From: Chromera velia | Lineage: Eukaryota | Length of the DNA: 64,000 nucleotides | Assembly (NCBI GenBank): GCA_018398765.1 | Contig: JAHBMJ010000477.1 | Span: 62,001-126,000 of the forward strand | Reading direction: 5' to 3' | In this document: positions 57,069 through 64,000 of the stretch, piece by piece | Position numbering within the stretch: position 1 is the stretch's first letter | Layout of the letters: the number at the start of each line of letters is the position of its first letter | Notes under the pieces: model-generated | Seen by the model: the letters and a program-made list of their open reading frames with translations, nothing else | What the model was told of the DNA's origin: nothing | Databases searched by the model: none | Made by a program: the position numbers and the translations under genes

Positions 57069-60000
57069 GGTGATGTTAATGATGATTGAGGGTTAAATCC
57101 TAGATTTAGCGACGCCAAATCCCAAGCCATTAGCAAGGCTTTGAGGACAACCCAAAGCACACATTCATGGGGGGAGGGATGAGGAAGCCTACATGCCAAT
57201 CAGATTGATTCGCCTCAACTTGCCTTATCAACAGAATGGACCTTTTTGAAACAGTTGGCTATAGCTTTGGAACCGCTTCTAGGCAGAATTGTGCACAACA
57301 GTTACACCATATCCTTCATTGTTTTCTTATTATCAGAAGTGCCCCTCCTGGTTGCACCTGCAACGCGTTGTGCGATCTGTATTCTTATGTCAATGGGCGC
57401 TTTCTGCTTCACAATTTCATACAGTTCTTTCAGCCTGTTCCGTTCCCTTTCTATGTGCTTACATTCTATCAGAACATGAACCTCATCTTTGATCATATGC
57501 AAAGGGGACAAACATTTATCGCACAGCCGTTCCGGTTGGGTTCTATTTATATCCCCCTCTGTGAAAGCCCTAAAAAGCGTACGAAAGCCTGCAGAGGACT
57601 GTAATAGACTCTTTGGCAGAGGTTCAACAGTGCACTCTATCATTTCACTTCTCGGACGCCATTTCCTTTCATTCAGAAGGTATATGGCCAAACGCTGTCT
57701 GGACGGATTCTCTGATTCAATTTGGAAAAGGGTGAGATTCGCAAGATAGAAAAAAATTCTGTCTCTGTCTCTAACGTTTTTAGTTTCTTCTTTCAACCAG
57801 TCGGACAGCCAGACACTTTCTACGATCTTTTTTGCCGCCCTTTTCCTTCTGCCCTTGCCTTTCCTTTTAAACTTGTCCCCCACTGTGCTTGGCAATGGAG
57901 GCCACAAAAAGGAGCAATCTAATGGAACAGCCAGCCATTTTACTGTCTTAACGAAGGGTTCACACTGCCCATTCCACACTGCCCAGGGTAGAGCACGGTC
58001 GATCAATTTGATGCATTAGATGAAGCCCCCACTCAACTTACCAAGTAGAGAACTGAATGGCTCAAGAGAGAGAGAGAGAAGGGAAGGCGAAACGAAGGAG
58101 TGATGGGAGAGACCAAAACAATATCAAACAAAACGTAACTGTAATGCATCAAGGCAGGCAACATCTGTCTTTCTCAGCGGGATCGTTTCCAGTCTATGCA
58201 GCGCGACTGGCAGCCAGAGGGCCTTGAACAAAGTAATTTTAGAAAAGGGAGAAACAAAGCCCAGAGAAGAGAGAGTACCAAACACAGCCTCCAATGCCTT
58301 CTCTACCGCCTCAATGCGGACTTCGACTGTCTTACTAAGGTTCCCACCCTCAAAAACCTAGTTGCCCAAATACTTATATTTCTTTACCGCTTCCACTGGT
58401 CTGCTTTCATAAAGAAAAGGGGTCCAGGGCACTAGGTCGGGGTGGAGGGAGGAGAGACGCATAACTTTTGTCTTCTTTAAATTCACCTTCAGGCCGTGCT
58501 CCTTACAATAGTCCTCGAGGCGAGACAGGCATTTCTGCAAGTCTGAAGCACTGTAAGCAAACAAAACAAGGTCTTCAGCATATCCGATGCTTTTGATTAA
58601 AACGTCAGACAGTTTAACAGGAGTCTCTCTATCTGATTTAGTATCCCCAGCCGAGCTTTGATTCCTGTTTTCATTATCAGAGCTAACAGACTTATGCAGA
58701 TTGTTGATAAAAAGAAGAAAGAGGAGAGGAGAGAGAGGATCGCCTTGTTTTACTCCTCTGCCTTCTGGAAAGCATTCTGTTGCCCTATTCACCCGAGCCT
58801 TCACCTGACTATACATCGAATGAATTATCCAAACATCAGCTTGGCTTACTCTTTCCTCCTTGAGCCTCTCTAACATTTTGACCTGAAGAACTGTATCAAA
58901 CGCCTTGCTGAAATCAATAAACGCGGCAATCAGGAGGCTTTTCTTCTTTTTGGAGCTGAGAATTAACGAAGATAGAGCAGCGAAGGCCTCCCTTGTCCCT
59001 ACCCCCTGTCTGAAGCTAAGCTGCCTTTCGTCAATTTTCACCTCCTTCCTGATTTTTAAGTCCATCAATAAAGCAAAAATCTTACCCAGAAGCCCTATAA
59101 TGTAGATCGGGCGCCATTCGTTACAGTTGAGACTCGGTGGGCCCTTTGGGACGGGAACAATGCGCAATACATTCTAGCGTTCAGGCCAAAAAGAAAAAAT
59201 ATGAAACAAATTGAAAAGGACAAAGAGCAGAAAGCGGGAGAGAGGAGAAAAACCAAAACATAACGAAAGGTGACAAAGGCTAACCCCATCTAAACCTAAC
59301 GCCTTCTTTGGGTCAATTCCTTTCAGTGTTTCCTCAATCATGTGTATAGAGAAGGCGGGCTGATAAGGAGGGGGGAAAGCCAGACTAATAGGTGCAGACG
59401 GAAGACCAGGACCGTCGAAGACCCCTGCCCAGAACTGAGTGAAGGAAAATGCAGCAGGTTTATTATCCCCTCCCTTCTGTGTTTTGATTTTCCTGTTCCA
59501 TTGCCAAACTTTCAAGGGGTCAACTGCTGCTTCTCTAGCCAGTCTCTCTGCTGTCTGTTGCTCGAGTTTACTCCTTTTTGCTGCAAACAGTCGAGCTCTT
59601 TCCCTTCTTAGTTTGACATATTCTTTTTGCAGAGGGTGAGAAGGGTTCAGGACATGTCTTGCCTTTTTCTCTGCCTCCTTTACCTTCAAATGAATCAGGC
59701 GGCATTGTGGGTCCCACCAAGCCTGATGGGTGCTCTGCTTTCTCCCAGACTGTCTTCTCTTCTTGGATGCCTTTCCCTCGTCTACCACTGCACCCACTTT
59801 GCTGTCTGCTAGCCTTTCTTCCCAGAAAAGACCCAACTGTTCCAATTGGTCAAGATAAGAAGCCTTGCTGAGAAAGTTGGGGGGGGGAGCATTCTGAGGG
59901 GGAGGTGGTTGTGGGGGAAGGGGTAGTAGGTCAGGGGGAGGTGGGATAGGGGGAACAACTTAACCTCCTTCATGCAGTTCGTTTACCCCTCTGTCGAACA

Positions 60001-61530
60001 GGTGGGGAAAAACCGTCTCAGAAAACGGCAGGACCGCTCTGGCGAGAGGAATCATTTCATCATCAGTCACCGGGGAAGTTCTATTTACAGTGAGGAGAGG
60101 GGGGAGAATACAGAAATTCTTTTCGCCCATGGGGGCATGTGGAGGATTAGAAGATATAGAGGGAGGAGATGAATCAAGAAAAAAAGAAAAAGAAAGAACA
60201 ACATGTTGTGGGGCAAAGTTAGCTTCCAGGTTTGAAGTGGTAGAGGACCAGGCTGTCAAAAGAAAAGGATCTAGAAAAAAGTGATCAATCGCTGTTGTTT
60301 CTTCTCCTGCTTTAAATTAAAAAAAGTGCACGGGCCCGGAAATGAGACATCAACACCCAGCCTCTCACATTTTAAGGACAGGCCGTGGAGAGGAATTAAG
60401 TTAGAGCGTTCACAAAGACGGATCAGTCAATTCCCTTGCTCGTCAGGTTGACTGCCATGGCTGCAGGCTGACAATCGAGAGGGCTTACAAGCATCAACTT
60501 CGTTCTCTTCTCTGCTTTCATCAGTGGGACATAGCATTCTTTCCCAAGTCAGCCCTTCCAGCATCCGAGTCCCCAGCTTGCCGTTCATGTCCTCAACCAG
60601 GATACGCAAATCCTCGAGAGGTACCTGACATAGTGCATCGATCACGCCCTTTCTCTCTCTGTCTCTTAGCTTCCTGTCTCTCTGTCTCAGGTCAGACCCT
60701 CTAGGTAGAAAGTACACACCGAAAACATAGAGGACTCTTGTGGCTGACTCCCCTCCTTCTGAGGGAGAATTAAGGCACACTCACTGACAGACGGACTAGA
60801 TTTTGACCCACCAGCTCCCACCTTAGCTGCAGTTCATGAACTAAAGAATTCCTGACTAGGCTGCATACACCCCCTGTCCTTGCTTCCCCGATGGTTGCGG
60901 TTTTCCTTCTCGACCCTTCCACTTTGATTTTCCTTCTCAACCACTCAAAGTGATCGAAATTATGCCCTGTGTGAGTGGATGTTCTTACGAGCATGGAGGG
61001 GCACTTCGTTTCAGTTAACACCACAATGTCTGCCTGGCAAGCGGCCAGCCACCGCTTGAGAGCCTTGCTTCATATGCGTAACCCCAGCCCCCCCACATTT
61101 ACCGTTTTTATTGTAAGTTTTCTTCTTCCTAAAGCCATGAGACCAGACCTTACGTCGTAAGAAGGAGAGAAAGCATTGTAGGAGGGTGAGGATGCAGAAG
61201 GGAAGAAAAGGGAGGGGGGGGACGGCTGAAAGACCCATTGAGGGATTGAAGAGGTTGCGGAGGGGCACACCGGTGGGGCAGAGGCAGAAGCACATGCAGA
61301 AGCCGAAGCACAAGAGGAAGAAGAAAAAGAAACAGAAGAAGAAGAACAACAAGAAGAAGAAAAAGAAGAAGAAGAGGAGGATGAGGAAGAAGGAGAAGAG
61401 GAGGAGGAGGAGGACGACGATACTCCAACCGGAGGAGGGGGAAGGTCGGAAGGAGAACCTGCATGACGCTTTTATCGGTCTAAGACTTCACATTTTCTGA
61501 GTCTGCGGCTCTGGCCAACCGACACCCTAA
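57069..61530 (-). mobile_element. near full-length degenerate LINE (APE endonuclease + RT + C-terminal CCHC)
   Basis: APE motifs TVNVGG, DIVVLTETK, GGV, GVY, EDMNG and IDH (~61120-60280). RT motifs AWWDPQC, IVPVPK, WRPI, FIDFSKAFD, GVKQGDPLSPLLF, YAED and YKYLG (59845-58358). C-terminal CDKC-x9-HVLIEC (~57470-57520). Many stops and frameshifts; (ATC)n-like tail at 57071-57090; 5' boundary approximate. Confidence 0.9.
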
Positions 61531-62105
61531 CCCGCATCATGCATTAGTATCAGTTCAAACAACTATATCTAGGACTATATATCATTCTTTTTATTCTGCA
61601 CAGAATATTCTACAACTAATTATGACGTATAGGTAGACACTTGAAGTCTTCCGCTTGGATAAACTTACAGTTAAATAAGCTGTTACGTTGAATAGCGGTA
61701 GTCAGCAATCACGTCATTCACATGTAGACTTGAAGTTCTTGTCATGTGGCACCGTTACAGTACGTTTCATGAAAACCAAAAGGCACACTGGCAGACAAGA
61801 ACAAAACTATGTGAAGTTGTCTGCCTGTTGTCTGACTTAACGTATTTACTGGGACAAGACCAGAGAATAGAAAGGAGAAAACCCTTCAAAAATCCTTCCT
61901 GAATCAAACGTTCAAGTCCCACGACATAGCAAAATTGAGGAGAGCAATCAGCGAGAAAGGTTTGACCTCCTTCCCTGCCTTTTGATCCGTTCTTTTCTCA
62001 CCTGCCGCGTTGCCAGATCGTCCCTTGTCTTTCCCGTCTCTTCGCACCTCCCCAGACCAGCTGATCCTTGCATGATACCCCAACTTCTCTCTCTCTCCCT
62101 CCCTC

Positions 62106-62171
<66 letters not shown>

Positions 62172-62535
62172 TATGTGCATGTGTTCAGCCACCCCTTGGA
62201 TCCCACGAGAACATCCGTGCACCACAAAGGTCACGGTATGCTTCGGCATTCCACTGAAGCGGCCCGAAGCCAGGGACCCGCATACCTCCGGGAACATGAA
62301 AGATCGAAACATAAAGAAATTAAGCAAACCCCCCTTCTCGATTCATTCCATCACATGTTGCACGTTCATCAATAAAGGTGACTTGAATCAAGATCGATCC
62401 AGTCTGTCTGCAGGGCTTTGCTGCATCTGCAGTCTTTTTTTTTACCTTTTCGAGAATGTCATGCTGCCGCAAAAAGAAAGCGTGAAAGAGAGAAAGGAAA
62501 AAAAGACGAACCCAAGAACGAACAAGCGAACCACT

Positions 62536-62544
62536 AAAAGAAAC

Positions 62545-62580
<36 letters not shown>

Positions 62581-62582
62581 CA

Positions 62583-62614
<32 letters not shown>

Positions 62615-62880
62615 AAAGAAAGAGAGAAAGAAAGGAAGAAAGGAAGGAAGGAAGAAAGAAAGAGAGAAAGAAAGGAAGAAAGGAAGGAAGGAAGGAAGAA
62701 AGAAAGAGAAAGAAAGAAAGAAAGAAAGAAAGAAAAGAAAGAGAGAAAAAAGAGAAAAAAAGAAAGAAAGAAAGAAAAGAAAGAAAGAAAGAAAGAAAGA
62801 CAGACAGACAGAAAGAAAGGAAGAAAGAAAGAAAGAAAGAAAGAAAGGAAGGAAGGAAGGAAGGAAGAAAGAAAGAAAGA

Positions 62881-62934
<54 letters not shown>

Positions 62935-62962
62935 AAGAAAAGAAAGAAAGAAGAAAGAAAGG

Positions 62963-62998
<36 letters not shown>

Positions 62999-63104
62999 GA
63001 AAAAAAGAAGAAAGAAAGAAAGAAAGAAAGAAAGACAGACAGACAGAAAGACAGAAAGACAGAAAGAGAGAAAGAAACAGCAAGAAAGAAAGAGCAAGAG
63101 CTGA

Positions 63105-63152
<48 letters not shown>

Positions 63153-63177
63153 CAGACAGAAAGAAAGAAAGAAAGAA

Positions 63178-63213
<36 letters not shown>

Positions 63214-63280
63214 GAAAAAAAGAAAGAAAGAGAAAAAAAGAAAGAAAGAGAAAGAAAGAAAGAAAGAGAAAAAAAGAAAG

Positions 63281-63315
<35 letters not shown>

Positions 63316-63316
63316 A

Positions 63317-63356
<40 letters not shown>

Positions 63357-63383
63357 AAAAAGAAAGAAAGAGAGAAAGAAATA
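62536..63383. repeat. ~850 bp compound (AAAG)n/(AAGG)n/(AG)n polypurine tract
   Basis: Direct reading. Confidence 0.97.
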
Positions 63384-63564
63384 ACGAAGTCCAGAAAGAA
63401 CGAACGAAGTTCAACGAACGAAAGAAAGGACAGACAAAAAAATGAATGTATGAAAGACCAAAAGAAAAAACAGAATGCAATACGAGGAGGGAGAGGAGGA
63501 AGCCAGCTACGGACCCACACGCAGGGGGAGTGAGCGCATCACTCCGCTGCGGCTGATATTGCTG

Positions 63565-64000
63565 CTACTGCTGCTGCCGAGGCAGGCTGGCAAGGAAGTA
63601 ACGGATTGCAGAATGCTCAGGTCTTATGTAGCTCAGAGCCTCCGTCATCGCAAGCGCCGTCTTTCCGTGGATATCCACAGCACTCACATTAATGCCAAGG
63701 GAAACGAGCATTTCGGTGATAGGAAGCTTCCCTGGGTAATTGCACGAACTGACTAGACAGACAGCAAAGTGCAGGGCCGTCCGTCCAAAAGCATCTGTTG
63801 CGTGCACGTCGGCACCAGCATCGAGAAGAACCTGCGCTGTATTTTCAAACCCTGCTCCGGCAGCTAGATGAAGCGGGATTCGCGCTGCTTTTTCTGTTTT
63901 CACATTCGGGTCCGCCCCTCGGGAGAGGAGGAGCTTTGCAAAGTCTTCATGCTCACGAGGGAGACAAAAGGACTGAACAGCTCTAAGCATTGCGTAGGAG
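63565..64000 (-). CDS. ankyrin-repeat protein, 3' end (paralog of 37388-38601)
   Basis: LLLSRGADPN..LHLAA..QVLLDAGADVHATD..GRTALH.AVC..MLVS.GINV.AVDI.G.TALA..FLASLP.QQ aligns by eye with the end of 37978-38601; runs off the window edge. Confidence 0.85.
   Translation of the reverse strand, partial: SYAMLRAVQSFCLPREHEDFAKLLLSRGADPNVKTEKAARIPLHLAAGAGFENTAQVLLDAGADVHATDAFGRTALHFAVCLVSSCNYPGKLPITEMLVSLGINVSAVDIHGKTALAMTEALSYIRPEHSAIRYFLASLPRQQQ

Noticed and set aside
62068..63520. KERK-rich and FLSF-rich ORFs of 200-440 aa
   Set aside because: Translations of the (AAAG)n tract, which lacks stop codons by composition
1..64000. tRNA, rRNA or telomeric arrays
   Set aside because: None recognised by eye; a covariance-model scan would be needed to exclude small RNAs

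Overview
Eukaryotic, intron-rich and microsatellite-rich genomic DNA. The gene content and style suggest an alveolate, most plausibly a chromerid such as Chromera velia; this is inference only. The window opens with the 3' part of a decayed Ty1/copia retrotransposon including its PPT and LTR, then a 5'-truncated LINE and a MITE-like element. Next is a head-to-head pair of apparently intronless genes, each fusing a CBM20-like domain to a tandem array of 18-aa CxH-x6-CxxC repeats (8 and 21+ units). Then come a small spliced unknown gene, divergent from a ~14.4 kb multi-exon RCC1+HECT (HERC-like) E3 ligase, and an intronless atypical kinase with a WNK-like relocated lysine, divergent from a frameshifted ankyrin gene. 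The last third holds a multi-exon TDY MAP kinase, a mosaic intergenic repeat, a GDPD-fold protein missing several catalytic residues, a long-TIR foldback element, a near full-length decayed APE-RT LINE, and the 3' end of a second ankyrin paralog that is an inverted duplicate of the first locus. The most notable candidate system is the CBM20 + variable zinc-repeat array family. Exon boundaries were read by eye and are approximate.
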